Of a DNA stretch of 64,000 nucleotides, positions 47,351 to 60,371 are shown piece after piece. Both the position numbers and the translations under genes were made by a program. Position 1 is the stretch's first letter. Every line of letters starts with the position of its first letter. The notes under the pieces were generated by a model that saw only the letters and a program-made list of their open reading frames with translations, ran no database searches and was not told the DNA's origin. Source of the stretch: Candidatus Omnitrophota bacterium (lineage in GTDB: Bacteria > Omnitrophota > Gorgyraeia > Zapsychrales > Fredricksoniimonadaceae); NCBI GenBank assembly GCA_903944345.1, contig CAJARJ010000005.1:7890-71889 (forward strand). The letters run 5' to 3'.

Positions 47351-48361
47351 ATGGCCTTGCCCTGCCTGCATCCATTAGCCCTTAAAACACTGTCATTTAT
47401 CAGAAACAAGAAACTTTTTATCAAGGGCGCAAGAGTCCTGATTGGCGTTTCCGGCGGGCCTGACTCTGTTGTGCTGTTTCATATTCTTAACTCACTCAAA
47501 CACGAACTCGGGATTCTTCTTAAAATTGCCCATTTTGACCACAAACTGCGTCAGAATTCTGCGGTTGACCTTCTTTTTGTCAAAACGCTGGCCAAACGCC
47601 TTGCTGTTCCATTTATTCATGGTCGAAGTAAAACTCCGTATGCCAGGACCGGATCAATCGAGGAGGCTGCTCGTGAACGTCGATACCGTTTCTTTCTGGA
47701 TGCGGCAGCTTCCTGGAAGGCAGATGCCGTAGCGTTGGGACACAACCGTGACGATCAGGCCGAAACAGTCCTGATGCGAATATTGCGCGGCACCGGAACC
47801 AGTGGTTTAAGAGCCATCCTGCCCGCACGATTGATAAACGGAAAACTTTTTGTGCGGCCCCTGCTTGAAGTGCCCAGATCCGAGATCGAAACTTACCTCT
47901 CAGAGAACAAACTTGAGTTCCTGACTGATCCAACTAACTGTTCGATGGATTTCTTTCGCAACCGCATCCGGCATCGAATCATCCCTTTTCTGGATAAGGA
48001 AAGCGGTCAGGATATCCGCTCCCATCTTGCCGCATTGGCTTTTTCTGCCGCTGATGAACAAGACCTCATTGACGAGAACCTTAAACCCGTCATCCGTTCT
48101 TATGCCAGATTCGAAAACAAAGCTGCAAAGATTAACCTGGCTGACTGGGGCAGCCTGCATCCGGCTCTTGGCCGGGCCTTACTCAGATATTGTATCGGTG
48201 AGGTGAAGGGAAATCTAAATTCCCTGACATTGAGCCATGTTCAGTCAATTGAAAATCTTATCAGAAATGGAGCCACAGGGAGCCAGACCCATCTTTGCGA
48301 TGGAGTGATAGTCAGGAAAAAGGCCAAATTCCTTCTTGTTATAACAGTCAAAAGACTATAA
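47351..48361 (+). CDS. tilS: tRNA(Ile)-lysidine synthetase
   Basis: PP-loop VLIGVSGGPDSVVL; 336 aa. Confidence 0.85.
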   Translation: MALPCLHPLALKTLSFIRNKKLFIKGARVLIGVSGGPDSVVLFHILNSLKHELGILLKIAHFDHKLRQNSAVDLLFVKTLAKRLAVPFIHGRSKTPYARTGSIEEAARERRYRFFLDAAASWKADAVALGHNRDDQAETVLMRILRGTGTSGLRAILPARLINGKLFVRPLLEVPRSEIETYLSENKLEFLTDPTNCSMDFFRNRIRHRIIPFLDKESGQDIRSHLAALAFSAADEQDLIDENLKPVIRSYARFENKAAKINLADWGSLHPALGRALLRYCIGEVKGNLNSLTLSHVQSIENLIRNGATGSQTHLCDGVIVRKKAKFLLVITVKRL

Positions 48362-48446
48362 AATTCATTACCTGTTCTAAGTGGCTGAGAAATTCTGCAC
48401 CCGTAATAAATGCAGACGCCTTTTCTAAAATCAGATCGGAGCAAAC

Positions 48447-50342
48447 ATGTCTGAAGTACCTAAAAAAGTTGCCCCAAAAAGTCCTTCCCGCAAGAATCCG
48501 AAACAGGATCCGGGGCAAGGTAGCGGAGTCTGGATAGTATGGGCTATTATCATCGTTGTCTTTCTCATATTCGCCAATTCGCCCAACGTCAACAAAGGAA
48601 CCTCAGGATCCTTAAAGATGTCCTACAGCGAATTTTACGCTCTGGTAAAAGAAAACCAGGATGCAGGCCAGATTCGGAAACTGGTTCTGACCGAAGGAGC
48701 GGAAAACACCCTGGAGGGAACCCTCAAAGACGGCGGGAAGTTTCGCGTCAATATTCCGCGTGACGACAAGGATCTTTTAGGAGTCATCCGGCAGAACGTC
48801 AAAGACTTTACCGTACAGCCACTTGAAACTTTCTGGTCCCAGGCCTTTTTCTCGTTTGTTCCTGTTTTTCTGATTATATTTTTTATCTGGTTTCTTGGTC
48901 GTCGTGGAGCCGAGATGGGAAACAAAATCTGGTCGTTCGGCAAGTCGCGTGCAAAAATCTCAGACAAAGGGCAGAACAGTATTACTTTCAAAGATGTTGC
49001 CGGAGTGGATGAGGCCAAAGAAGAGCTTCAGGAAGTCATCGAATTCCTGAAAGAGCCAAAGAAATTTGAACGACTCGGAGGAAAAATTCCAAAAGGCGTG
49101 CTGTTAGTAGGCCCTCCGGGAACCGGAAAAACCCTCCTGGCCAAAGCCGTTGCGGGCGAAGCCGGTGTCCCGTTCTTTTCTTTGAGCGGTTCGGACTTCG
49201 TTGAAATGTTCGTTGGTGTGGGGGCTTCACGGGTTCGTGATCTTTTTGAACAGGCCCGCAAAGCCAGCAAAACATCAGGAAAGGGATGTATTATATTTAT
49301 TGACGAAATTGATGCCGTGGGCCGTCAGCGTTTTGCCGGCATTGGCGGGGGTAACGATGAGCGCGAACAAACTCTTAACGCCCTGCTGGTGGAAATGGAC
49401 GGATTCAGCTCTCCAAGCGGGCTGATTGTTATGGCCGCTACCAACCGTCCTGACACCCTGGATCCTGCGTTGCTGCGTCCCGGCCGTTTCGACCGCCGTG
49501 TTGTGGTCGGGCTTCCTGATATCAACGGACGAGAGGGCATATTAAAAGTTCACTGCCGGGGTATCAAGATCGGTCCTGACGTGGATCTTAAAAAAATTTC
49601 CCAGCAAACCGTTTATTTCTCCGGTGCCGATCTGGCCAATGTCTGCAATGAAGCCGCACTGCTGGCTGCGCGTCGTAATAAAGACATTGTTGCACAGGAA
49701 GATTTCCATGCCGCGGTAGAAAGAGTCACACTCGGACCTGAGAAAAAGTCGCATACCACTTCTCGCCGGGAAAAAGAAATGACCGCCTATCATGAAGCAG
49801 GGCATGCTCTCTTAAGTCTGTTGATTGATGAAGTGGATACATTCAGTAAAGTTTCGATTATTCCGCGTGGCATGGCCGGAGGCTATACCCTTACACCACC
49901 GACAGAAGACAAGCATTATTACACCCGCAAGGAACTCTTCGGACAAATGACCGTTTTACTGGGTGGTCTGGTGGGCGAGGAAACTTTCATGAATGACTCA
50001 ACAACCGGAGTGTCCAATGATCTGGAAAAAGTTGCCCAGCTGGCTCGCGGAATGATATGTTCTTTCGGAATGACCGACGATCTGGGCAAACGGGCCTTCG
50101 GACGCAGCGGCCATCCTTCTTTTCTCGGGAGAGATATCTTCGAGGAAAAAGAATACAGCGAAGATACCGCCAAAAGCATTGATCGTGAGATAAAGTCCCT
50201 GGTGGATAAAGCGTATGCACGGGCCCAGGATCTTATCCGGAAGAATCGTGAGAAACTCGATCTTCTGGCGCAATATCTTATTGAAAAGGAAGTGATTGAT
50301 ATCGACACAGCCAGAGTAATGCTCGGTATTACCGTCGCATGA
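48447..50342 (+). CDS. ftsH: ATP-dependent zinc metalloprotease FtsH
   Basis: Two TM; Walker A GPPGTGKT; SRH; HEAGHAL zinc site. Confidence 0.95.
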   Translation: MSEVPKKVAPKSPSRKNPKQDPGQGSGVWIVWAIIIVVFLIFANSPNVNKGTSGSLKMSYSEFYALVKENQDAGQIRKLVLTEGAENTLEGTLKDGGKFRVNIPRDDKDLLGVIRQNVKDFTVQPLETFWSQAFFSFVPVFLIIFFIWFLGRRGAEMGNKIWSFGKSRAKISDKGQNSITFKDVAGVDEAKEELQEVIEFLKEPKKFERLGGKIPKGVLLVGPPGTGKTLLAKAVAGEAGVPFFSLSGSDFVEMFVGVGASRVRDLFEQARKASKTSGKGCIIFIDEIDAVGRQRFAGIGGGNDEREQTLNALLVEMDGFSSPSGLIVMAATNRPDTLDPALLRPGRFDRRVVVGLPDINGREGILKVHCRGIKIGPDVDLKKISQQTVYFSGADLANVCNEAALLAARRNKDIVAQEDFHAAVERVTLGPEKKSHTTSRREKEMTAYHEAGHALLSLLIDEVDTFSKVSIIPRGMAGGYTLTPPTEDKHYYTRKELFGQMTVLLGGLVGEETFMNDSTTGVSNDLEKVAQLARGMICSFGMTDDLGKRAFGRSGHPSFLGRDIFEEKEYSEDTAKSIDREIKSLVDKAYARAQDLIRKNREKLDLLAQYLIEKEVIDIDTARVMLGITVA

Positions 50343-51211
50343 TTACCAATAACAGGCCTGTTTATTCTTTCCATGCCCGCGGCTTTAAGCTTGAGCTTGG
50401 ACACAGAACCCGCCTGATGGGAATACTCAATATCACTCCGGATTCTTTCAGCGGAGATGGTTTGTTGTCTTGCGATGCTGTATCAACAGAAACTTCTTTA
50501 AGAAAAGCCCGTCAATGGATTAAAGCCGGAGTCGATATCATTGATGTCGGAGGAGAATCAACCCGGCCCGGAGCTTCCCGCGTTTCGGTTAAAGAAGAGG
50601 TTGCCCGAATCTGTCCGGTCATCTGTGCAATCTCGCGTATTCCGGGCGCTTGTATCTCGGTTGACACATACAAGCCGGAAGTTGCCCGCGAAGCGTTTGA
50701 AGCCGGAGCGTCTATTGTTAATGTCGTCCAAGGCACTCCGATCTCTTCCAAAATGCTTGATGTGGTACGAAAATATGATGCCGGGCTTGTTCTCATGCAT
50801 ATGCGCGGAACACCGCGTACTATGCAACAGCAGACCAATTATTCCCAACTTGTTCAGGACATTATTAGCGCCCTGAAGAATTCAGTTGAAAAATGCCTGT
50901 TATCCGGTATAAATAAGCAGTCTATAATTGTTGATCCTGGAATCGGTTTTGCGAAGACACCTGCACAGAATCTGAGCTTGCTTAGAAGTCTGGATGCTTT
51001 TCATGTTTTACAACAACCGCTTCTGGTGGGAACATCACGCAAATCTTTTATCGGGCAAATCATTAATGCTTCGCCGGAGAAAAGGCTTATGGGGACGGCA
51101 GCTACTGTAGTTTGTGCCATTACTCAGGGAGTTCATATTGTCCGGGTTCATGACCTGCCGGCGATCAGGCAGCTAACGCTTATGACCGATGCTATTGTAA
51201 ACGCCCTATGA
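50339..51211 (+). CDS. folP: Dihydropteroate synthase
   Basis: GILNITPDSFSGDG; DIGGESTRPG; overlaps the ftsH stop. Confidence 0.9.
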   Translation: MITNNRPVYSFHARGFKLELGHRTRLMGILNITPDSFSGDGLLSCDAVSTETSLRKARQWIKAGVDIIDVGGESTRPGASRVSVKEEVARICPVICAISRIPGACISVDTYKPEVAREAFEAGASIVNVVQGTPISSKMLDVVRKYDAGLVLMHMRGTPRTMQQQTNYSQLVQDIISALKNSVEKCLLSGINKQSIIVDPGIGFAKTPAQNLSLLRSLDAFHVLQQPLLVGTSRKSFIGQIINASPEKRLMGTAATVVCAITQGVHIVRVHDLPAIRQLTLMTDAIVNAL

Positions 51212-51981
51212 AATTCATGCTCTGGTCCATCATTAATCCTGTTCTCGAAATTCTTTTGTTGTCTTTTGTTTTCTACCGCATCCTGCTTTTCTTCCAGGGA
51301 ACAAGAGCTTTTCAGGTATTAAGAGGCATGACTTACCTCCTGATAGCTTTTCTGCTTTCCCAACTCCTGGGATTTGACACCCTTAACTGGCTTCTGGAAA
51401 AGTTCTTTGCCATCTCTATCTTGGCATTTGTCATAATTTTTCAGCAAGAGATCCGTCAAGGCCTGGCCCGTTTGGGGCAAGGGCAGCTTTTTTCTATCTT
51501 TCTCGAAGAATCGGAAGTTATCGCGGTTATTGACGAAGCCATTGATGCCTGCTTTTCACTCTCCGCAAAGCGAACCGGATGCCTGATGGCTATCGAAAGA
51601 GAAGCCAAGCTTAAAACAATATCGGAAAACGGCATCCAGATGGATGCTATTGTCAGCTCCCAGCTTATCCAGACTATATTCCACCATGAAGCTCCTATTC
51701 ATGACGGGGGGATCATCCTCCGGGGACAACGAATCGTTGCCGCAGCCTGCCTTTTTCCTTTATCCGAGAACCAGAATCTCAGCAAAATTATCGGCACCCG
51801 TCATCGTGCTGCGCTGGGACTGACAGAACAGACTGACGCCGTTGCGGTGATGGTTTCCGAGGAAACAGGCGAAATATCTGTAGCATGTAACGGCAGATTT
51901 ATTCCTGTTACAGGAAAAGAAAACATGAAGACAGTTCTTATGGATCTGGTGATCACCAGGCACAAGGAGCACAAAGGATGA
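51208..51981 (+). CDS. cdaA: Diadenylate cyclase CdaA (membrane-anchored DAC domain)
   Basis: Three N-terminal TM helices; DAC motifs HDGGIIL and GTRHRAALG. Confidence 0.85.
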   Translation: MKFMLWSIINPVLEILLLSFVFYRILLFFQGTRAFQVLRGMTYLLIAFLLSQLLGFDTLNWLLEKFFAISILAFVIIFQQEIRQGLARLGQGQLFSIFLEESEVIAVIDEAIDACFSLSAKRTGCLMAIEREAKLKTISENGIQMDAIVSSQLIQTIFHHEAPIHDGGIILRGQRIVAAACLFPLSENQNLSKIIGTRHRAALGLTEQTDAVAVMVSEETGEISVACNGRFIPVTGKENMKTVLMDLVITRHKEHKG

Positions 51982-52079
51982 AGAACTTCTTTTTACACAA
52001 TATTTCAATGAAAGTTATTGCTCTCGGCCTTGCCATCATTGTCTGGGTTTACGTTAATGGACAGATTATCCGACAGTAA
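51978..52079 (+). pseudogene. 33-codon remnant of cdaR (YbbR) N-terminal TM anchor
   Basis: ATG overlaps the cdaA stop; MKNFFLHNISMKVIALGLAIIVWVYVNGQIIRQ* resembles the CdaR/YbbR N-terminus; pdxJ starts 12 nt later, so no YbbR domains remain. Confidence 0.5.
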
Positions 52080-52090
52080 GGGGGTAACCT

Positions 52091-52819
52091 ATGCCGTTGC
52101 TTGGAGTAAACATTGATCATGTAGCCACTTTACGTCAGCAAAGACGTGAGGAAGATCCCGACCCGGTTAAAGCCGCACTGATCTGCCAAGAGGCGGGCGC
52201 AGACTCAATCGTCGCCCATTTGCGTGAAGACCGTCGTCATATTTCAGATAAAGATGTGCGCAGCATTAAAAAGGCCCTGCGCATCCGTTTCAATATGGAA
52301 ATCTCCCTGAATCCCGAAATTCTTGATATAGCCCTTGCACTAAAACCCCACCAGGTCACTCTGGTTCCGGAACGGCGCAAAGAACTGACAACCGAGGGTG
52401 GCCTGGATATTATAAAAAACCGCTCGCTCCTTAAAAAAGCTTGCGAACGTTTCTATACAGCAGGCATTCCGGTCAGCCTTTTTATTGATCCTGTTATTGA
52501 ACAGATTGACGCTGCCAGAAGACTTGATGTGCCCATGATTGAACTGCACACCGGCAAATATGCCGTGCAAAAATCTGCATTCTCCCGCAATGCGCAGCTT
52601 AAAATCCTGACCCGAGTTTCTGCACACGCCCGCAAGTTGGGCCTTATTGTTAATGCCGGACATGGACTTAAATATCACAATACGACACCGGTTGCGGCTA
52701 TCCCCGGAATGAATGAGCTCAATATCGGGCATTCGATTGTTTCCCGTGCGGTTTTTGTCGGATTGGCCCAGGCCGTGCGTGAAATGTCTGCGCTGACAGC
52801 CAGGGGGCCGCATGATTGA
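52091..52819 (+). CDS. pdxJ: Pyridoxine 5'-phosphate synthase
   Basis: LGVNIDHVATLRQ...IVAHLREDRRHI. Confidence 0.9.
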   Translation: MPLLGVNIDHVATLRQQRREEDPDPVKAALICQEAGADSIVAHLREDRRHISDKDVRSIKKALRIRFNMEISLNPEILDIALALKPHQVTLVPERRKELTTEGGLDIIKNRSLLKKACERFYTAGIPVSLFIDPVIEQIDAARRLDVPMIELHTGKYAVQKSAFSRNAQLKILTRVSAHARKLGLIVNAGHGLKYHNTTPVAAIPGMNELNIGHSIVSRAVFVGLAQAVREMSALTARGPHD

Positions 52820-53207
52820 TGGCGTCGGCGTTGATATTGTCGAGATCGCCAGAATACGCAAAGCAGTTGAAACCTGGGGGGGACGCTTCCTTAACCGTGT
52901 TTTTAACCCCCAGGAAATACTCTATGCTCATTCCCATCAGTTTCCTTATCCGCATTTTGCCGGACGTTTCGCGGCAAAGGAAGCTGTCTACAAGGCCATC
53001 GGGATGAGAACTCTTTCCTGGAAAGATATTACAATTATTAACGCCCCTGACGGAAAACCCGTCTGTCACCTTAAATTCTCTATTGCCGGACATATTCATT
53101 TATCTATTTCCCACTCCAGGCATTATGCTGTCGCCAATGCCATCTTTGTTCGAGAGGCCGTATTATCCCATGAACCTTCAGTCTCTTTTGCGTCGCGAAA
53201 ACACTGA
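52812..53207 (+). CDS. acpS: Holo-[acyl-carrier-protein] synthase
   Basis: MIDGVGVDIVEIARI; 131 aa; overlaps the pdxJ end. Confidence 0.85.
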   Translation: MIDGVGVDIVEIARIRKAVETWGGRFLNRVFNPQEILYAHSHQFPYPHFAGRFAAKEAVYKAIGMRTLSWKDITIINAPDGKPVCHLKFSIAGHIHLSISHSRHYAVANAIFVREAVLSHEPSVSFASRKH

Positions 53208-54006
53208 TTCCAGCAAACACGATTACGGTCACCTGCTCGTGGCCGGAGGATCTTCCTCCATGCTGGGAGCTGTCTGTCTTTGTGCACTCGCCGCCATGCG
53301 TGCCGGTGCAGGACTGACAACAGTGGCTATACCCAAAGGCCTTAACCTGGTTCTTCAGAAAAAACTGGCACATGTTGTTATGACTTGTCCGGTTCAGCAA
53401 ACCAGAGCAATGACCTTTTCTTCTGCCGCTTTTGATCAATTGATGTTAAAGAGAGCCCGGTTCAATGCCGTTGTACTCGGCCCGGGAATTGGTTTGTCTG
53501 CGGGTACAAAAATCTTTATCCAACGAATGATCGAACTTTATCCTTTGCCCATGGTGGTTGATGCGGATGCCCTTAATGCGCTGAGTGAATCGCTGCCGAT
53601 CCTGCTTAAAGCCCCGGCTCCAAGAATACTGACACCTCACGCCGGGGAAATGGCCCGGCTTCTTCAGCTTGACAAAAAAGTTCTTCTCACCAGAAACCGG
53701 AATACCATTGCTCGGGAATTCTCCCGTAAGTATAACTGCATTGTTCTTTTAAAAGGCCCGGGAACCATTATTGCCGCTCCCGATGGAACTTGCGTAATAA
53801 ATAAGACGGGAAACTGTGGACTGGCTACCGCCGGAACCGGAGACGTTCTCTCCGGTATGATCGGAGCCTTCCTGGCGCAGGGGCTTGACCCTTTTCAGGC
53901 AACGGTTTTGGGGGCACGGGAACACGGCAAAGCGGGGGACAAAGCAGCACGATTGCGTTCCAGGCGTTCCATGACCGCACTTGATCTTATTGACCAGCTC
54001 CGTTAA
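53170..54006 (+). CDS. nnrD: ADP-dependent NAD(P)H-hydrate dehydratase (YjeF C-terminal domain only)
   Basis: KHDYGHLLVAGGS...GAGL, GPGTIIAAPDG, GTGDVLSGMIGAF; start ATG 53170 overlaps acpS by 38 nt (TTG 53083 also possible). Confidence 0.75.
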   Translation: MNLQSLLRRENTDSSKHDYGHLLVAGGSSSMLGAVCLCALAAMRAGAGLTTVAIPKGLNLVLQKKLAHVVMTCPVQQTRAMTFSSAAFDQLMLKRARFNAVVLGPGIGLSAGTKIFIQRMIELYPLPMVVDADALNALSESLPILLKAPAPRILTPHAGEMARLLQLDKKVLLTRNRNTIAREFSRKYNCIVLLKGPGTIIAAPDGTCVINKTGNCGLATAGTGDVLSGMIGAFLAQGLDPFQATVLGAREHGKAGDKAARLRSRRSMTALDLIDQLR

Positions 54007-54043
54007 TCTGAGAACTCCGAAAAATAAATAAAAAATCAGCTGT

Positions 54044-54071
54044 TTGACAAAAACCAATATTCTGTTACAGT
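54044..54071 (+). promoter_or_regulatory. Putative sigma70 promoter of the atp operon (TTGACA-16-TACAGT)
   Basis: Consensus -35 at 54044-54049; -10-like TACAGT at 54066-54071; ~65 nt upstream of atpB. Confidence 0.3.
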
Positions 54072-54137
54072 TAAATAAACCAACATTTCGCCAATGTCTT
54101 CTTGTTTATATATTTACGCAGGAAGACTTTTTTTCTT

Positions 54138-54899
54138 ATGCAAGAGCATTCTACAAGTGTTCTAAAAAGTCCGGAATTCCCCAACATCATTGGCTTGATC
54201 GCCGAATTAAACGAACATTCGGCATTCGGGCAGTTTTTGCATCTCTGGGAAAGCATCATTTACGCCCTTATTGTCATTGCCCTTTTGACCTTCTTCGCTT
54301 TTCATGCTTCCAGAAACAGAAAACTGCTTCCTTCCGGACTCCAGAACGCAGCAGAATTTCTGGTTTCTTTCGTTGATGATTTTGTCTGCAGCGTGCTCGG
54401 CCCCAAAGGCCGTAAATACACGCCTTTTATCGGAACACTCTTTCTATATATCCTGGCACTCAACAGCATCGGCCTTATTCCGTTCTTCAAGTCTCCGACC
54501 ATAGAACTTTCGGCAACATTTGCCCTCGCTCTGGTTGTCTTCTTTTATACTATTTTCATAGCCCTGACTGAACTGGGACCATTAGGTTTTCTGGATCACC
54601 TGATGGGCCAGCCACGAGGCATTATGGCCATGACACTAATCATGCCCATCTTTATGTTCGTTGTAGAGGTCATAAGTTTCTTAGTCCGCCCGATCAGTCT
54701 CTCTTTGCGTTTACGCAGCAATATATTCGGTGACGACACTATTCTTGCTCTTTTTGCCAGCCAGGGAATCAATGGTTTCCTTTGGCTTCTTCCTAATTTC
54801 TTGCTTGTTGTCATAACCTCCGTTATCCAGGCAGCAGTCTTTAGCATTCTAACCCTGGTTTATTTTTCTTTAGCTATGAAACACGAAGATGGGCACTAA
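54138..54899 (+). CDS. atpB: ATP synthase F0 subunit a
   Basis: Five TM helices; essential Arg in ISLSLRLRSNIFGD. Confidence 0.85.
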   Translation: MQEHSTSVLKSPEFPNIIGLIAELNEHSAFGQFLHLWESIIYALIVIALLTFFAFHASRNRKLLPSGLQNAAEFLVSFVDDFVCSVLGPKGRKYTPFIGTLFLYILALNSIGLIPFFKSPTIELSATFALALVVFFYTIFIALTELGPLGFLDHLMGQPRGIMAMTLIMPIFMFVVEVISFLVRPISLSLRLRSNIFGDDTILALFASQGINGFLWLLPNFLLVVITSVIQAAVFSILTLVYFSLAMKHEDGH

Positions 54900-54964
54900 A
54901 TTACCGGTCTACCGGGTATTGATTCTCTGATTTAAACACATTGTTCAAACAACAGGAGGGCAGT

Positions 54965-55198
54965 ATGGATTCTCATGTCGCGTTAGCTTTTGGTTTGCCA
55001 ATCGGCCTTGGTCTCGCCGCTTTAGGGGTGGGCGTAGGCCTGGGAAACGCGGTTGGGTCCGCACTTCAGTCTTTAGGCCGGCAGCCTGAAGCCTTTGGCA
55101 AAATTATGACACTTATGTTATTGGGCTGCGCATTGATTGAGACGATCATTTTTTACGTCCTGGCCTTTATTGTTTTTCCTCTCGTAGGGAAAATTTAA
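54965..55198 (+). CDS. atpE: ATP synthase F0 subunit c
   Basis: AGGAGGG RBS; hairpin c subunit with GRQPE loop and ion-binding Glu (ALIETI). Confidence 0.85.
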   Translation: MDSHVALAFGLPIGLGLAALGVGVGLGNAVGSALQSLGRQPEAFGKIMTLMLLGCALIETIIFYVLAFIVFPLVGKI

Positions 55199-55235
55199 TA
55201 TTTAACATTTCGACAAGTGAGAATAAAAGGCATAT

Positions 55236-55733
55236 ATGGAACTCTTCAAACTGATCGATATTAAACTTGTTATTTCTCATATTGTCTGTTTTCTGTTTGT
55301 CCTTTGGCTGCTCAAGAAATTCCTCTGGAAACCCCTACTGGGTACTCTGGAAGCAAGACGCGTACATATTCAGTCCCAGCTGCAAAATATCGAAGATGCC
55401 AAATCTGATGTCCTTCGTCTGAAATCTGATTACGAGTTGCTTTTATCTAAAGTCGAAGAAAAAGCCCGCGAACGAATCAAGGAAGCTGAAGCTCAGGGTT
55501 CTTTTACTGCCCAGGAAACACGCGAAAAAGCGCGTCAGGAAGCCGTTCGGATTGTTGAGGAGGCGCGTAAAGACATTGATCTTCAGCTTACAAAAACCCG
55601 GCATGCTTTAAAAGCTGAAGTCGTTGAACTTGTGATCAATATTACCGAAAAGCTGCTTTCCGAAAAACTTTCTTTTGATAACGATCGCAAAATTGTTGAA
55701 ACCATGATGGCGGATCTGGAAAAGCCTGAATGA
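55236..55733 (+). CDS. atpF: ATP synthase F0 subunit b
   Basis: Single N-terminal TM then long charged helix. Confidence 0.8.
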   Translation: MELFKLIDIKLVISHIVCFLFVLWLLKKFLWKPLLGTLEARRVHIQSQLQNIEDAKSDVLRLKSDYELLLSKVEEKARERIKEAEAQGSFTAQETREKARQEAVRIVEEARKDIDLQLTKTRHALKAEVVELVINITEKLLSEKLSFDNDRKIVETMMADLEKPE

Positions 55734-56278
55734 AAGACGAAATCATCATCAAGCGTTACGCTGAGGCCTACATTGCATTTGCCGAACCGGTTATCGGAAT
55801 GCCGCAAATCGTTTCTGACATGAAGAAACTGCGCGGCTACATGCGGGAATGTCCAGATTTGATAACTGTTTTACATGCGCCGGAAATCCCTCCGTCAGAA
55901 AAAGGGAAATTTCTGCAAAAAGTCCTTTCCGGGTCTTTGCAAAATGAAACCATCCTGTTTATCACTTATCTTGTTTCCAGGCATCGTGAAGAATGCCTGG
56001 TTGGCATTACAGATTATGTCCGGGTGGTCTATTCTCACGGGCAAGTGGTAGATGTCGTTCTGCGCAGCACCTATCCGCTGGAGCTGGAAGATATCGAACG
56101 AATCAAAAAGAGTCTCTCTAAACGGATGGGGAAAAACGTTAATGTTTACTTCCAGCTGGATCCGGATCTGCTGGGAGGGATGCAGATTGTTATAGGCAAC
56201 CGGATTATTGACGGCTCCGTCCGCAATAAACTCAACGAGCTAAAAAGGAAACTGCTGAAAGTACAGGTGTCAAAATGA
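55730..56278 (+). CDS. atpH: ATP synthase F1 subunit delta (OSCP)
   Basis: 182 aa; start overlaps the atpF stop. Confidence 0.8.
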   Translation: MKDEIIIKRYAEAYIAFAEPVIGMPQIVSDMKKLRGYMRECPDLITVLHAPEIPPSEKGKFLQKVLSGSLQNETILFITYLVSRHREECLVGITDYVRVVYSHGQVVDVVLRSTYPLELEDIERIKKSLSKRMGKNVNVYFQLDPDLLGGMQIVIGNRIIDGSVRNKLNELKRKLLKVQVSK

Positions 56279-57798
56279 ACAGTCTCAAGCCCGAAGAAAT
56301 CACTTCAATCATCAAGACCGAACTTGAAAATTTTCGTGGTCACCTGAAGACCGAATCGGTTGGTTCTGTTATCCAGGTCGGGGACGCGATCGCGCGGGTT
56401 TACGGACTGGATGATGTCATGGTAGGGGAAATCATCGAATTTCCCAACAATGTCTGGGGCATGGCCGTCAACCTGGAAGAAGATTCGGTGGGTGTCATTA
56501 TTTTCGGTCGCGACAATCCTGACAAGAGTATTCGTGAAGGGGATGTGGTCAAACGAACAGGGAAGATTGTAGAAATGCCCGTCGGTGACTGCATGATCGG
56601 CCGTGTGGTCAATGCTCTAGGACACCCTATTGACGGCAAAGGGGAACTTAACGCAACCAAATTCAGGCCGGTTGAAGGTTCATCACCGGATGTCATATCA
56701 CGTCAACCGATCAATGCCCCCTTACAAACAGGGATCAAGGCTGTCGACACAATGATTCCGATTGGACGAGGCCAGCGCGAACTGATCATTGGGGACCGCC
56801 AGACAGGGAAAACCGCTATTGCCATTGATGCCATCATTAACCAGAAAGGCAAAGGGGTTAATTGCGTTTACGTGGCCATCGGCCAAAAAATTTCAAGTAT
56901 TGTTTCGGTCGTTGAAGTTCTCAAGAAGCACGGGGCAATGGAATATACAACTGTTGTCAGCGCTTCTTCCCGGTCTTCTGCCTCTTCTCAATATCTCGCT
57001 CCCTATGCCGGTTGTGCTATAGCCGAAGAATGGATGCATAACGGCAAAGACGTTCTGGTTGTTTACGATGACCTTTCCAAACACGCCCAGGCCTATCGCC
57101 AGCTGGCTCTTTTGCTGCGCAGACCCCCGGGACGCGAAGCTTATCCAGGAGACATTTTTTATCTGCATGCCCGCTTGCTCGAACGTGCCGCCAAACTTTC
57201 CGAGAGGCTCGGGGGAGGTTCCCTGACCGCGCTGCCCATTATTGAAACCCAGGGCGGGGACATTACCAGCTACATCCCGACAAATGTCATCTCGATCACA
57301 GACGGGCAAATTTATCTTGAAAGCGAACTTTTCTTCTCCGGTATACGCCCGGCCATTAATGTCGGTCTTTCCGTGTCCCGAGTTGGTGGAAAAGCCCAGG
57401 CTAAAGCGATGCGTAAGGTTGCCGGTAAACTCCGTCTGGAACTGGCTCAATACAGGGAATTGGTAACTTTTCTGCAATTTGGTTCGGATCTCGATAAAAC
57501 AACCCAGAACCAGATTGCCCGGGGCGAACGAATTGTCGAATTGCTTAAACAGGTTCAATACGAACCGTTATCCCTCGGCCGCCAGATTCTTGTTATTTTC
57601 ACGGGTATCAACGGGTATCTTGACGATATTCCTACAGACGCTGTCCGGAGGTTTGAGGCCGAATTTATCGATTTTATGTCGCGCAAATATCCCGATCTTG
57701 AAAAGAACATTGAGAAAGACGGGGATCTTCTGCCTGATGAAACAGAGCGGCTCAAACAGGCTATTCTCGAATTCAAAAAAACTTTTACTGTTAAGTAA
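56275..57798 (+). CDS. atpA: ATP synthase F1 subunit alpha
   Basis: [12 protein letters not shown]-loop; 507 aa. Confidence 0.95.
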   Translation: MNSLKPEEITSIIKTELENFRGHLKTESVGSVIQVGDAIARVYGLDDVMVGEIIEFPNNVWGMAVNLEEDSVGVIIFGRDNPDKSIREGDVVKRTGKIVEMPVGDCMIGRVVNALGHPIDGKGELNATKFRPVEGSSPDVISRQPINAPLQTGIKAVDTMIPIGRGQRELIIGDRQTGKTAIAIDAIINQKGKGVNCVYVAIGQKISSIVSVVEVLKKHGAMEYTTVVSASSRSSASSQYLAPYAGCAIAEEWMHNGKDVLVVYDDLSKHAQAYRQLALLLRRPPGREAYPGDIFYLHARLLERAAKLSERLGGGSLTALPIIETQGGDITSYIPTNVISITDGQIYLESELFFSGIRPAINVGLSVSRVGGKAQAKAMRKVAGKLRLELAQYRELVTFLQFGSDLDKTTQNQIARGERIVELLKQVQYEPLSLGRQILVIFTGINGYLDDIPTDAVRRFEAEFIDFMSRKYPDLEKNIEKDGDLLPDETERLKQAILEFKKTFTVK

Positions 57799-57803
57799 AA
57801 CTT

Positions 57804-60366
<2,563 letters not shown>

Positions 60367-60371
60367 AAGCT

